Assembly: GCA_951406725.2 (NCBI GenBank)
Contig: OX597817.1
Span: forward strand, 84,878,001 to 84,942,000
DNA length: 64,000 nt
Direction of reading: 5' to 3'
DNA from: Octopus vulgaris
Lineage: Eukaryota
This document shows, in pieces, positions 1 through 13,901 of the stretch (position 1 is its first letter; each line of letters opens with the position of its first letter). A program made the position numbers and the translations under genes. Under the pieces are notes generated by a model that saw only the letters and a program-made list of their open reading frames with translations, did no database searches and was not told the origin of the DNA.

Positions 1-1733
1 ATATATATACATACATATATATATATATATACATAGATATACATACATACATAAATATATATATATACATAGATATACATACATCTATATATGTGTATAT
101 ATAATTATACATACATTCATAATTCTCAACACTCTCTAATATCTACCATAAACGGCCCCCTTACCACCTTTGCTCATCACTTATTATATCCATCCTTCAG
201 TATCTCTGACCTTCATCTCATTTACACCCTTGCAAATTTGCCTACCTACTGCTGAAGGTACTCTGTCTCTATTGTCTTGTGTAATCAACTTTATGTACCT
301 TAAGAGGGCACCTTGATACCTTGCCAACACTTTCCAGCTAATCCCTCCTGTATATAATGGAGAGAGAAGGCAGCAATGTATCTCTCACACTTTAAGATTC
401 AAGGATGAGAAAATAAAATATGAAGGCAGGAACATATTGATAGTAGTGAGAGGGTGATAGTGGGGAGTATTGCAAAGCTGATACTATTGGGAGAGAAAGA
501 ATTAAAGGAACAGGAAATAGGGAAAGGATATGTGTTAGTGGTTAGTGAGAAAGAAAGGGACAGAGTGATAAGTTTTGTTGTGTAAGGGTTTCCAGCCAAC
601 CTACACTACAAAGGTGAGCATGAAAGAAAGAGATAGAGGGATGTGACAAGGATCTGAAGGGAGTCACCGAAGAAGCAAAGAATGTGGAGATCATAGGGGT
701 GGGCCAAATATGGAAAGATAACGTGTGGAGGAGTGTAAAAGTTGTGCAAAGAGGATGCTCATAGAAAATGAGAAGTAGGGTGGAAGAGCAGTGAGTGAGT
801 ATAGCAAGAGTAGAAAGGGAGTGGCTGAAAGTATGAGTACCATAAAAGAAGTGGGGAAGATCGGAATGTCACAGCAGAAAAAGTGTCTCCAATGGTGAGG
901 AGAGTGAGATAACAATGTAGTGGTGGTTGGAGGCAGTGAATGAGAGCAGTGAAAATATCACAGGCAAAGACTTAGAGGAGAGGAGAGAAGATAGTGAAAA
1001 GGAGACAAGGGAAGAACAGCAAAAGTAACCCAGCTATCAATGCTCCTCTTGTTAACACTCTTCCAGCCCAGCTTGAGAGAGTGTGCTCCAGCATACAGTG
1101 TTGCAGCTACTGAACAACTCCCTCATGAACATCAGTATCTCGAGATCAGTTTTCACCATTTCAACCCATGTCTTTCAAAGTCTTCCACTTCCACAGACTT
1201 TCTCTTCCATTAGTACTGTTATCTGCATTGTATGTCCATAATGACAAGGTCTCCGTTCGTGTAAACTACATCTCATTCCATTATACATACATACATACAT
1301 ACATGCATGCATGCATGTATACATATGTGTATACTGTAAAGAGGTTGGCATTAAGAAGGGCATCCAGCCATAGAAACCATGCCAGCAGAGAAGCTGTATG
1401 TTAAAGTGTGACGATACACACATAAATATGCATGTATACATATATATATGTATATACATACATGCACAAACATAAATAGTGGTGGTGCACCAGCATGGTC
1501 GCAGCCTTCGGGCTGAAACATTTTTTTTAAGGGCTTATACACATACAGTCATGAAATGCTCAAAATACGGATTAGAAAAACAGCCAACAACTGATAAAGG
1601 GTCGTTCTTTATGCTGTACGTCTTGTTTTCCATCCATTTCCTTCATTGTTCGCAGAAAACAGTTCATATTCCATGTATTTGTATTTTGTTTCCCATATGC
1701 ATATGTAAGTATGTACATATACATATGTATATA

Positions 1734-1774
<41 letters not shown>

Positions 1775-1894
1775 TATATAATCAGATATGTATGTGTGTG
1801 TGTGTGTGTATACATATATATATACACACACACACACATAAAACATATGCATCTATATCATTATATATATATATATATATATAGATGCACACAC

Positions 1895-1968
1895 AGAGGC
1901 ATAGGTATGTGGTAAAACGTTTGCTTCCCACCCATATGGTTCTAGGTTCAGTTCTATTGTGTGGCACC
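1895..1968 (+). mobile_element. SINE tRNA-like head fragment
   Basis: ggcataggtatgtggtaaaacgtttgcttcccacccatatggttctaggttcagt, similar to the head at 4136. Confidence 0.55.
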
Positions 1969-4100
1969 CATTCATACTTTCACTTCTTTTTCTAACCCTA
2001 GGGCCCACCCTAATACCTTTTTACTACCTTTTTCATCTCGCATTTTAACTCCACACTATCTACTCCCATCCACACTTGTATACAAACAGCCACATATCTT
2101 ATATACACCAAGAGACCTGTTCCAATCCCATGTTTATACTTTAATCTTTCCTGCCTCCCACTTCTGCATCAACATTCAGTTGAATGGGATTTTTATCTTG
2201 TGAGTTACACAGCAACATCACTAGTGCCAGTACCACAGGAAAAGCACCCACTGTGGTGGGTATTAGGAAGGGCATCCAGTCATAGAAAACATGCCAAAGC
2301 AGATCTTTAATCACAATGCGGTCCTTGGACCCATTGGATATCAACGAACTATGCATACACTCACCCACTCATATATAAATGCATATCCGTCTATCTGTGT
2401 GTGTGTGTGTATAAATATGTACACATACACATATATGCATTCATAGATATACAGGTGCATGTGTGTGAATTTATTTAGTCAAGGAGAGAAAGTGATGAAG
2501 CAAGCATGCTCCAATGGATGTCTAATGTTAGTGAGTATGAAAGACAGAGTACAAATGAACTGAGAGAAAACCTGGATATAAGAGGATCGGATGTAGTGTA
2601 TAAGAAAGAAGACTGACTTGAAGATGCTACCTCACAGAGGAAAACACAAAAGAGTGTATTGATTGGTGATACACAGTGCTGCAGGAGATCTGACTACTTG
2701 TGACAATATGTGCATTGAAAAGATGATAATGATAGAGGCTGTGATCTCTGTATGCAAGTGTTTGTGTGTTATATATATATATATATATATACATTTGCAT
2801 TCTGTGAGGTTTATATTTGATGCACCCCTCATCTTGTTGATCACTCAAATCTCTTCATCTCTTATCTCTCTACTACTTTTGAAGTGCACAGACTATGTAT
2901 GGCTGCTTCACATACCATCTCCATCATGTGTGAGTGACTGTATTGGTCCATCCTCATAACTATCTGTTCTTAAATCTATCTCCTGACTCACTTCAAGCAT
3001 TACCCTATCATTCATATCTCTTACCTTACCACCTGGGATGCTCACTTACTCATTGTCATCTATCACACTTTTTCTATCTCTCCTCTTTCTTTCATTGTCC
3101 TCTGCCACAACCACTCTGCTACCTCAATATTCTCTTATCTCCCTTTGGCCTACCTCTCAACCCCTCACCTTTTTTATTCAATAACTTTATCTGGATCCTT
3201 ACCACACTCATTTTTCATGTTTCTTTCTCCTCACATCATCTGTCCATACTTGTCTATATAATGTGGAATACCCTTGGATCCCCTTCACTTTACAGTCTAC
3301 TCCTCTTTTCCTCTATCACTAACTACTGAGTAATTTCTTTCTTTCTCTTGTGTTTTCCACACACCTTCCCAAAATATCTATTCTATTACTCTCTCTGCTA
3401 CCAGCCTCTCATAACTAACTGTTCCTCTCCTTATATCTTATCTTGCATTACTTTGCCTAAAATCATCACACATTCTCTCCTATTATCCTTCAGTTACAGG
3501 GGCTCCTCTAGTTCCATCAGTTTTGCACACTGTGAGATAAGCTCACTAATGATGGTACCATGAAAAAAGAAACACCCAGTACACACTGTAAAGTGGTTGG
3601 TATTAGGAAGGGCATCTAGCCACAGAAATCATGCTAAGATACACATTGGAGCTTCATGCAGCTTTGTGATTTGTCAGATCTTGAACAATCCCGCTTATGT
3701 CAGTATGGAGAGCAGATGGTAATTGATGACAATCTGACACACACACGTTTCTTTGTTTCATTACATAAAGTTATTAAAGTGTTCCATAATTTTCTGTTAC
3801 AAGCATTGTGGATTATTTGATTATGTATGGTAAAATTTTAGGGTATTAGCACTTGATTAGTATTACAATTGCATACTGAAACTTTTTTTCACATTACTCA
3901 ACCTACTGAGAGAATAGTTTCATAAAAGGTTTGTTGTTCAATACCATCAAGGATGTGTTTGTATTTCAGTTTGTCTTATACATAGAAAGATTACTACTAA
4001 CTTACTAACTATTTAACATTATCTCTGTATATACCATATATATTCTTTTTTTATTTTACTTGTTTCAGTCATTTGACTGTGGCCATGCTGGAGCACTGGC

Positions 4101-4135
<35 letters not shown>

Positions 4136-4136
<1 letters not shown>

Positions 4137-4582
4137 GATGAAGGTGTGATTGTGTGATTAAGAAGTATGCTTCCCAACCACATGGCTTTGGGCTCAGTCT
4201 TATGATATAACACCTTGTGTAAGTGTCTTCTACTATAGCTCCTGACTAACAAAGTCTTGTGAGTGTATTTTGTAGATGGAAACTGAAAGAAGCTCTCTCT
4301 AAATATATATGTGTGTGTGTGTGTGTGTGCATGTACATATGAGTGTGTATGTTGGTGCCTTGACATTATATAGTAGTTGTAAATGGGTGTCACTGTGATA
4401 CAAACAGTGTCATTCATTTCCAATATTCTGCAAAAAACATATCTGGCTATGGGAAAATATTACCTTGCTTGGAAACTGGTGAGGGTTGGCAACAGGAAAG
4501 GCATCCAGCTATAGAAAATCTGCCTCAATAAAGTCTGTCCAACCCATGCAAGTATAGAAAACTGGACATTAAAATGATTATT
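4136..4582 (+). mobile_element. tRNA-derived SINE, near full length, with internal microsatellite
   Basis: Degenerate A/B-box head (gtgtgattgtgtgattaagaag...gggctcagtc). Body is repeated at 17660-17786 and 18508-18660; the 3' tail (ggcatccagctatagaaa...gacattaaaatga) is repeated elsewhere in the window. Confidence 0.75.
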
Positions 4583-6649
4583 AATATATGTCATGTATGG
4601 TATATGTCTGTAAATTGCAGTTTTATCCAAACAAAACCCAACCTGACTGATTGCTATAAAGTCACTCACAAAGACACTTGACCATACTGTGTCCTCTTTG
4701 TTTTTTTCCCTGGTACACTAATGACTTCTGTTTCTTAGAACTGGTTGGTTCTCATGTTATATCCATTCAAGCATTTCCAACTTGTCTCCCCTCATTTTGT
4801 CCTTCATACTGCATCCACTCCCAAGTCCTGTAATAATCATTGCATCAAGTACTTTCTTCCTGGAACACTGAAACTTCTTAATTTTGCTTTTTGCACAGGA
4901 TTTTCCTATGGCCTTTAGCTTGCAACTGTTTAAGTGGAATACTAATGGAATTAATCTCACCAGTCTCAAGAGTGTGTGAAGGTCATGAGCACAGACCATT
5001 CCTGCAGAGCCAACCAATAATACAATGCTAAAATAAAAACATTTATCGAACATATTTCTTGTAAAACCCTAAAAGGTATAAGACCACCACAAAAATGCAT
5101 CTATTTGTAAATTATAATGTTACTGAGTGACTCACCTTGCCATTTTCAGTATATTCAAGAGTGGTTCCCATCTTTCATGCATTACTTTGTTTTGCACGGC
5201 TAATGGTTCTAGCAATGGTGAGCATAATGAATGACTCTGAAACCCTCATTGACATAAGATCTGATTAATGTATCAGGTGGATTGTCTGGCAGTATGATAG
5301 AAGGAAACCAAGCATAACAAAGCTGGTTCAGTAATACTTGTGAAGTAAAAAGGACACATTGGAATGCAAAAGAGAAGACCTAGCTTACTGCTGCTGGCAA
5401 AGAGGTTTTTACATAATTTTCTTCATGCAATCTAAACAGCATTCACAAAGAATAATCTGATGTGTATCGCTGGTTTTCAATAGCATTTAGGCAGGAAATG
5501 GATAAATACCTTCTTGCTCATCTATCTTAACTTTTCCTAGAGTAGAGTCTAAATATGACATTGCAAATCAAAGAAACATTTACCAATCTGACAGTGCTTC
5601 CACTGTTTATTGCAATGAATTGCATTACATGGAATACGTAGTTTAGAGCAAGGTGGAATTAGACATTAAGACTGTCATGTGTCTTGTAATGGCAGAGATA
5701 GGAATGAGATACAAATACTGATTCTTCAGAATGTTCATTCAGAATGTTCATCCATCAGTGTTCTCATTATTTTTCTCTCTTTTTTTCAAAATCCAAACAT
5801 TACTCTTGCATGATTCTTTCTCATCCCCAAAACATTTTGTTACACATTTAGTATGGTTTTTGGTTAGGGTGTAAAACTTTAAATGGTGAGACAAACTCAA
5901 GAAAATTGTACTAGGAAATGCTTAGATTTCAATACTACCATCATTAACCTGATACAGTCAACACCGTATTAACTTGGAACATAACATTGCTATAAAGCTT
6001 AGCCAATCCAGATTTGTCAGGATCATCAGTACTATCTATAATGCTTTAGTTTGTTCCAGTCTCACCACTATACCATTTAACCACTTGTGTAAATGAGCCT
6101 CTATCTGGCCACTCGACCAGATAGAAATAACAGCCTACTCTCCCTGAAATCAAACTGTCTTATCAAGAACTTGTCACATCATTAGATGCAGTCCTACATG
6201 TCTCAACTCACCAAAAAGAAAACAAAAAGGAGAGATAACCTTAGTTAAACAACTATCACTTATGTGGTTTCTAAAATAGCTGTGTCAGTGTTTAGTTCTA
6301 TTTTAACCAGGCTCTTTACATGAATCTGTGTGACCTTGACTGAAGAACAAACAAGGTAGTAACTGGTGGCTCTTTATTCAATCTCTGTCAATGGTTTCAG
6401 GATGGGCACTTAAGAAACTGGTCTAAGATGCATCATTTGCTGAAGACTGTGGTTACAAGAGAATTATATCTCCAAATGACTGCTGAAAAATTCTTCAAAG
6501 CTTGCCATGTCACTGATCCACATTGGCCAACACCAGATTCATCAATGGTTCTCTTGATATTTGTTGTGAATGACACTGAGCTGAACCATCAACTGTTTCT
6601 CTTGACAAGGAAATAATTACTGCAATCCCTCAATAGGTTGCTAATATTC

Positions 6650-7105
6650 TTGAATGAGAAACTGCCAAACACCCAGTCTTCTACAAAAATCAATATAGGC
6701 AAAGGAGACATTCTTACAAGACTTCTATGTAGTTGTAGGATCAGGATATGGAACAGGAAACAACTAGATCGAAAGGGTTAGAAGCTTAGATGGAGTAGAC
6801 CTTCTCAGCATCAAGATCTTAATATGTTATGCAGGACGGGCAACATCAATCAGATGGACAGCTTTTGCATGGCATACCAGCAAACGTCAGAGGGCATTTG
6901 ATGGAAAAACAAACGAAAAGAATGCTCAACTGTGATACAAGGACTGTATCAAAGGCAATCACAGGAGTTTTGATATCCCTGTCATATCTAGAATCTTCTG
7001 TGTAGGAGGGAAAAGACTGGTGTGTCTTTATGAAGAAGGCCTGTTCCAGTTTGAAGCAATGTACAGCACAAATGAACAGAAGAAGGCAACAGAAAAACAA
7101 AGACA
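6650..7105 (+). mobile_element. Degraded RTE-type LINE 3' fragment
   Basis: Frameshifted remnants resembling the RTE C-terminus (...*YKDCIKGNHRSFDI...WCVFMKKACSSLKQ...RRRQQK). Confidence 0.45.
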
Positions 7106-7429
7106 GCTGTGTAAATAGCAATATAAGGTAAATTGGCATGTACACACAAACATGCATATATGTGTGTGTATATATAAAGATATATACACACACATATGCA
7201 TACATATATACACACACTTACATACATATGTATACATACACACATATATACCTACATACATACACACACACACATATATGCCCCACGTACATGCATACAT
7301 TTCATATATATTGCATGTGTGCATACATCCATGCAATGTATAGTCGCATGCACACACTCTCAAACAAAACAAAACACAAATTTAATGTTGCACATGCAGA
7401 ATCCAGTATATTTGAATTTTAATCTATAA

Positions 7430-8691
7430 AATAGGCATTTTTTTTTTATTAATTCATAGGAAACTGCAAACATGAAATCAAGATTATTCTTACCACAAGG
7501 TTTCATACTTATTTAGAATTTGGACAATCTATCCCATATTTAGTTTACCAATTAGTATTATTCATTTTTTTTATTTGTTGTTATTTCTCCTTGTATTTTT
7601 TCTCTCTGCACATTCTCATTTGCATGTCCTTCAATCTCTTCAGGCATTCTATGCTTTGTGACTTCATAATTGTAAAGAATGTGGCACATAAAGACAAAAT
7701 GGCAAAGAAAAATAAACCAATGATAAAATCAGGCCCATAAAGAAGAATCCATTACCAAATCTGTATCAAATACTGTATACTAAAAATCAGATTTACTTCA
7801 AGTTTAGCCATATCACATTTCATCCTTATAATATGAACACAACTACATTTGTAAACTTATTCTCTTCTAACTTTCTTCTAACAAACACTAATTCAAATGC
7901 AGATGAAGAAAACAAAGAAACCATCTAACAATTAAAATGGAGTAAACAGATAATCACATTAGAAAAAATAACCATAGGGCATCTAGAGAATTAACAAGAG
8001 GAGATATAGTTAACAACAGGAGACATAATTCACTTGAAACAAAATATCGGTTAAAGAAATTAGGCCCACAAAACATGATAATTTGAAAAAGTAACAAAAT
8101 AAATGGTTTGTTCTTGACTCTTTATGGTAACGTAAGAAAGGACAAACCTATTACACATTTCAAGTATAATTATTATGGCACACTTCAGTCAAGAAAACTA
8201 AGTAAATATTGAAATTATCATCTGAATTGCAAAAATTTACAATAAATACAACACAATTTCATTTTGGATCTTCCTTAACCACTTCTTACAAAAATTCCCT
8301 TTAGGAAAATAAAATTCTAGATATTTAAATAATTTTCTACATTATTAGTAGTAGTAGTAATAACTGTTGTTATATTAAGGAAAATTTGCTTACAATTTAT
8401 GCTTCAAAATTTATCAAATATATTATGAAGTATATTTAACTCTATAATTAAAATGAATCTGGTGTGTGTATATATGTGTGTGTGAGAGAGAGAGAAAGAG
8501 AGAATATGTTATAAATGATGTTTTGAACTAATCCAATATACTCAGTTCTGAAAATTTAGACATATATTTCATTTACTGACTATTACCAGATTCCTTTTAG
8601 AATTCTTCCCTGACAATTTTTTAAAATTTACATATTCAAAAATGATATGTATAAAAATAGACAACACAAGTAAACTAAAACAAATATTTAG

Positions 8692-8740
<49 letters not shown>

Positions 8741-9486
8741 TATACATATACATACAATACTTAGAAAATATAACTTTAACAATACCAACATTTTAGAAAC
8801 ACAATACATTTAAGTATTGATTAACAAAAGAAGTCTCTTGTAAAGAAAGCTAATTATTCAAGAATGAAACCATTAACTGTAGACATTGAAAAAATATCTT
8901 ATTTTGAGGCATTATGTAATGGATTATGAAACAAAATATCTTAAATTTATGAAATTTTACAAAGTAAACAACAAAATGCAAAAAAAAAGAAAAGAAAATT
9001 AATCTAAAAAAAAAAAGAAACCCTGAGTAGATATCATAAATATATATATATATATAAAACAAACTTCAACTTAGTGAAACATTTTGAACAACATCCACAA
9101 CTATTATCACAGAAATCAGTAAAATGAATTACTCTGGTGGCATTAAATTATTCAAAATAGATCAGATTTGATATATTTCTTACAATTTAACAGGTTAGCT
9201 ATTTGTAGCAAATAACTCTGAAAATAGTTTGGGAATTGAAGTGATTAATGTCTTTAAAACATTTGATGTAATCCTGTTTAGGTTTCATGAAAGATGTAAT
9301 TTTAATCGAAACTTAATTTTTAAAATTATATCCAATAATCATAATTAATATTATGAATGGAAAGTAGTATATAATTCAAATCTTTAAAAAACGAAAATTT
9401 GTTTTATTAACCTATCCAAATTAGTGAAAATTCTGGAAAGTAGATGGTAAAAACTCTATATAACAGTTTATCGATACTACATACAT

Positions 9487-9518
<32 letters not shown>

Positions 9519-12075
9519 TAATGAGAGTTACAAACGATTAAGTAGATAGTGTGCTATTTTACCATCTGAAAGTTTGGTGGTTTCCTGAGCACTAAAATAT
9601 CTTCAAAGCCATGACACTTCTAATATCTATCTGTGAATAAGTACAACACAGGAGTATATAGTATCGCTACAGTAAAATATGTCAGTGCTGAGTTCAGTTA
9701 CTTCCAGTAGTATGCATCACTAGATATGATTTCATAAATTCAATGTTTTCCTTAGTGCCTTTGATCCATTGGTAACAGATTACATTACCAGAGAACTTAT
9801 AAACTAATGAAGATCACTGGCCTAACCTTTATCAATAAAATGAGTGAAGAACTATCTAAATTGATAAAATTCACCTCAATCCTAGTATATGTTAACTCAC
9901 ACAACTGACTTTAATCAACATTTACATCTAAAACAATACTAATGATGGCAACTGGACAAAAAACTGAACTTTCATTGTGATATAGCTTAAATGCTAAGTG
10001 GTTTAAAATTATTGAAAATATACCTATTGAAATAGAAAGAAACAAAATGGGATTCATCATAAAAAAGAAAAAAAGATTTCTATTAAAACAGTTTACACAT
10101 ACTATAAATGCTTTTCTAATCCAAACTTTAAAAACAAATACAATGTACAAATAGGGAGCAATTAATTGTTAAAAAAGAAACTGTCAGAAGTCAACAATTT
10201 TAGAACAATGCATAAAGTGTAGAAACAAACTATTTTTTCTACAACACTAAATGGGTTAAAAATAGTATTTTGGATGTTTGTAAATAGCCATGTTTATTCA
10301 CTTACAAACATACACACATACATACACAGTTTGATATACAGGCAAAGGGTAAAATGAAGTCAAAACAAAGAAGATTGCTATGAACCATTGTATGTAATTC
10401 ATTTGCATAAAGAAGCCACACGCATCACTGGAGAGAACAACAGTCATTCTTAAGGCAGTTATCTTTTTCTTTCTTTTTTTTTGTTATTTTTTTGTCTTTT
10501 CCACCATGAATACTTTTTGGTTATAAAAGTAAATAACATGGAATGATCATTTGAGTATGATCTACAAATTCTATATAGAGCACCTTTGAATATGTTTGGA
10601 GCAATTTGATTGAGTTTGTCCTAGCTCAACAACTAGTGTCAATGCCTTTACCAGAAACACTGTCATGGAAATTTCTACTTGACCTACAAACAAAAAGATG
10701 ATTAATATCACTTTCATACTTTTTTCAATAATTTTTTTTAAAAAAAAAAGCACACTGAACATAACTGAGTTCTCTTGCAATAGCAAGACCTAACAGAATT
10801 TCATTTCCATCAATATTTTTGCTGGCAATGTACTAAGAGTTGAGAAAATTGAAGTGCCACTGTAAATTGGAAAGAAATGTAGTTGATTGATGTTTTGTCT
10901 AAATTCACAGCTTGAAACACTTCAAAAAATACAACCAACTGTAGTCTAAAACTCAAAGTGGCTTATAGCACATCACACTGTCAATATTCACAGACTTGAC
11001 ATTATATTTAGTCAGTGATAAATACAAGTATAACATAAAAATATGGTACAATCCTTCTTAATTTGCAAGACTTCAACAAAAAAATAACAAACAAAGGCGT
11101 ATCAGATTGTTATGAAATACTTGCTGAACTCTTCCCAGGTTATAAGGAGATAAAATTTGTTATAAAGTTCTGGTAATGAAACCTTATTACCATAGTTAGA
11201 AAATAACAATATATTCACATCATCTTCCAAAAATTATTTTCTTGTATGTAATACAAGAATTCAAACATGCGTTCTTATAAAAAGATGAGTAATTCTGTTG
11301 GTAGAAAGAAAAGAAGGGAATTCTTTACTTTGGCTAAAGCATTCAAATACATTAAGCCCAAAAGAGCTGACAGAAAGGAACTGTTAGAGTAAAATGAATT
11401 ATTAAAAATAAATTTAAAAGTAATTGTCAGTCAGCATTATGGGGGAAGAAAATGAGGTGTGTCACAAAAATGTGTTACTGCATGCATGCATGTGTGTGTG
11501 TTGTGTGTGTGTATTTGTGTGTGTGCATGTGTATGCGTGCTGTGTGGTCATGTTGACACACAAGTAAATAGAAAAGTACACTGAAACAGCAGAAAGTTGC
11601 TTGTTATTTCCATCGAAATTTTATTAAAAATGTATAAATTTTCAACTTAGACAAAATAAAAAGGTTCTTAAAAATACAAAAAAAAAAAACATTATTTGAA
11701 TGTGTTAAAATGTAAAGCACTTAAATTGTTATAAACAAAAACATATTTTTGTTCTAAATGAGTGAAAAAAAAAGATGGGGGTAAGCTCAGAATTATTTAG
11801 GGAGAGAAAGAGTGTGTATGTGTGTGTATGTAAGTGCATGTGTCTGTGTGTTTAATGGGCAGGAAGTCAACAATTAAAAAAAAATATATTTACTCAACTA
11901 CGAAACAGTTTTTTTTTCCCTGACAGCAATTATAACCAATAAGAACCTCCATTCATTTCTTTCTTTTCTATTTCCAACAATAAAAATTTTATCTCATTTG
12001 ACAAACAGTACACATTAACTGGATAAATATTAAACAATTGCTGTTTATGGTCCCATAAACCACATGTGTGATTAA
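7430..12075 (-). other. Candidate long 3' UTR; possible poly(A) signal at 7445-7450
   Basis: TE-poor AT-rich stretch after the stop codon. Minus-strand AATAAA at 7450-7445 is followed by a GT/T-rich tract near 7360-7385. Other AATAAA hexamers exist (e.g. 11620-11625). Confidence 0.35.
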
Positions 12076-12449
12076 TTATGACTTGTCATCATCAGAGGTA
12101 GAGTTACCTACTGCTCGCCTATACTGCATGGACGATATGTTGTTCCGTTTTGCAAGAGTTTCAAAAATACACATGTGGTGCCTGTGCAGTGGAGGTTTAC
12201 GACGTGCATATGGTGACTTTAGGTTCGTCCTAAATATATTATGATTATATTCTGGAAAGTTAGGAGTCGCTGGAACACGAGGATTGGCTTTGTCAGCAAC
12301 CGAACGAGGATAGTTAGAAGGAGGAGCTGTGGTGGTACTACTAGTTGGTGCGGCAGTCGTGCTGGTGCTAGTAGTGGTGGGAACTTGCTGGGGATGTCTA
12401 TCAGTCCCATACAAAACTAGAACCCAGTCCAGCAAAACAGCAGGTTGAA
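12076..12449 (-). CDS. furin: Furin-like convertase, probable terminal coding exon (end of P domain plus Ser/Thr-rich tail)
   Basis: Polypyrimidine tract plus tttacag acceptor ending at 12450. Phase matches the 63174 exon (T+TT=Phe), giving ENGASA-F-QPAVLLDWVLVLYGT, the conserved W/F-x-LVLYGT P-domain end. Followed by a Thr/Ser/Pro-rich stretch; TAA at 12076-12078. Confidence 0.88.
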
Positions 12450-13388
12450 CTGTAAACAGAAAGAGGGACAAGACAAAAAAGATAAGGGTTAGTGCTAGAT
12501 AGGAGTCAGCCCTGGATTTCCACACAAAATCAGAGCACAACAGTTGACAAGCTTGCATTAATTTTCTAATTAGTATTAACTCGACTCCAAATATTGTATA
12601 TTTATTTATTTATTTCAATTTGAAAAGATCTCCATTTTACATTAATTCTAAATAGTTACAGAATTTATATGAAATTTCGCATGTACAAATATTATAGAGG
12701 AAAACTCTAAAATATGTTCAAAATATTTCTGGTGGAATATTTGTCAAAATTACAAGAAGGGCTTTCAATAGATTATATTTTACTGCAATTTTAAGAATCA
12801 TTGCATTCAATTATTATTTCAATTCAGCATACAAGCATGTACATGCACATTTCAGTGTTTATTAAGAAAATACTAATTTCTTGTAAGCTATCAGTAATTT
12901 TATTGCTCTTTGTAAACGTTGTGCCCTGATACGAAGCAAATAGTATGAAGTGCTGATATATGAAGAAATCATCAAGAAAATCAACTGAAACTTAAGCTGA
13001 TGCTCTAATAAAATAGCAGAAACAATATTATCAAGAGAATTTTTAGCAATTTTTCTAATGTATTTATAAGATCATATATATCAATAAATGTGTGTTTATG
13101 TATATGTATGCATGTGCGGGAGTACAGGGTATTAATTTTAAGGGTTATTATTTTATAGTACTTTTGAAGAATAACAGAACATTTACTGATAGAGGATGGG
13201 TGGTGCCATGAATCAGTATTAAAAGTAGAGTAAGATATATTGTAAAATTATTTTGACTGGAACTTCAAATTTCCCCTTGCAGTGCATTCAACATATTGAA
13301 TAAGCCATCAGGTGAAATTTGGAAGTCCCATTCAAAATTAATTTTGTAACTCACAGGCACACACTAATTTAGACATAACATTCTTATA

Positions 13389-13423
<35 letters not shown>

Positions 13424-13845
13424 TCTTTTAGTGGTTTTCAGCAATTGAACTATAGCAACGTTGGGATACATCAATTCCACTATCTAATTCTCTTCAGTAC
13501 TCATTAATCTACATTGCGTAAATTAGCGTAACAGTCTACACTGACATGTGTACAATGGGTTTTGCATGAATTTTAGGCTATCACATTCACATCAAAGGTC
13601 AACTTGAGGTTACAATAGAAGACACTTGCCCTAAGTGAAGCACAGTATAATTGAACCTAGAATGTGAAGTAAGCCTCTAAACCTAACAGCAATGATTGTG
13701 CTTAAATCTATATTATACTATATTTTGTAAATAATGTTTGGTGCAAATTTTTAAAGAGCTAATCACTCGTTCAATGCATTTTTGTTTCAAATTATTGCTG
13801 TATTGGTTTTCTTGCTAACATTAGCATCTTTTGTCGATATGTATA

Positions 13846-13901
<56 letters not shown>

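Noticed and set aside
350-1080. Purine-skewed tract with short ORFs (mirrored by a pyrimidine-skewed tract at 2830-3500)
   Set aside because: Low-complexity decayed repeat; the ORFs have no recognisable motifs.
4757-5320. Minus-strand 98-aa ORF and a nearby AAG|GTGAGT donor as further furin exons
   Set aside because: No furin-like Cys-rich or TM pattern and a stop in the frame leading to the donor; probably decayed TE sequence.
12043-12060. Small hairpin gtttatgg/ccataaac after the stop, with in-frame VVYGT on readthrough
   Set aside because: TAA-T is a poor readthrough context, and an 8-bp stem in AT-rich DNA is expected by chance.
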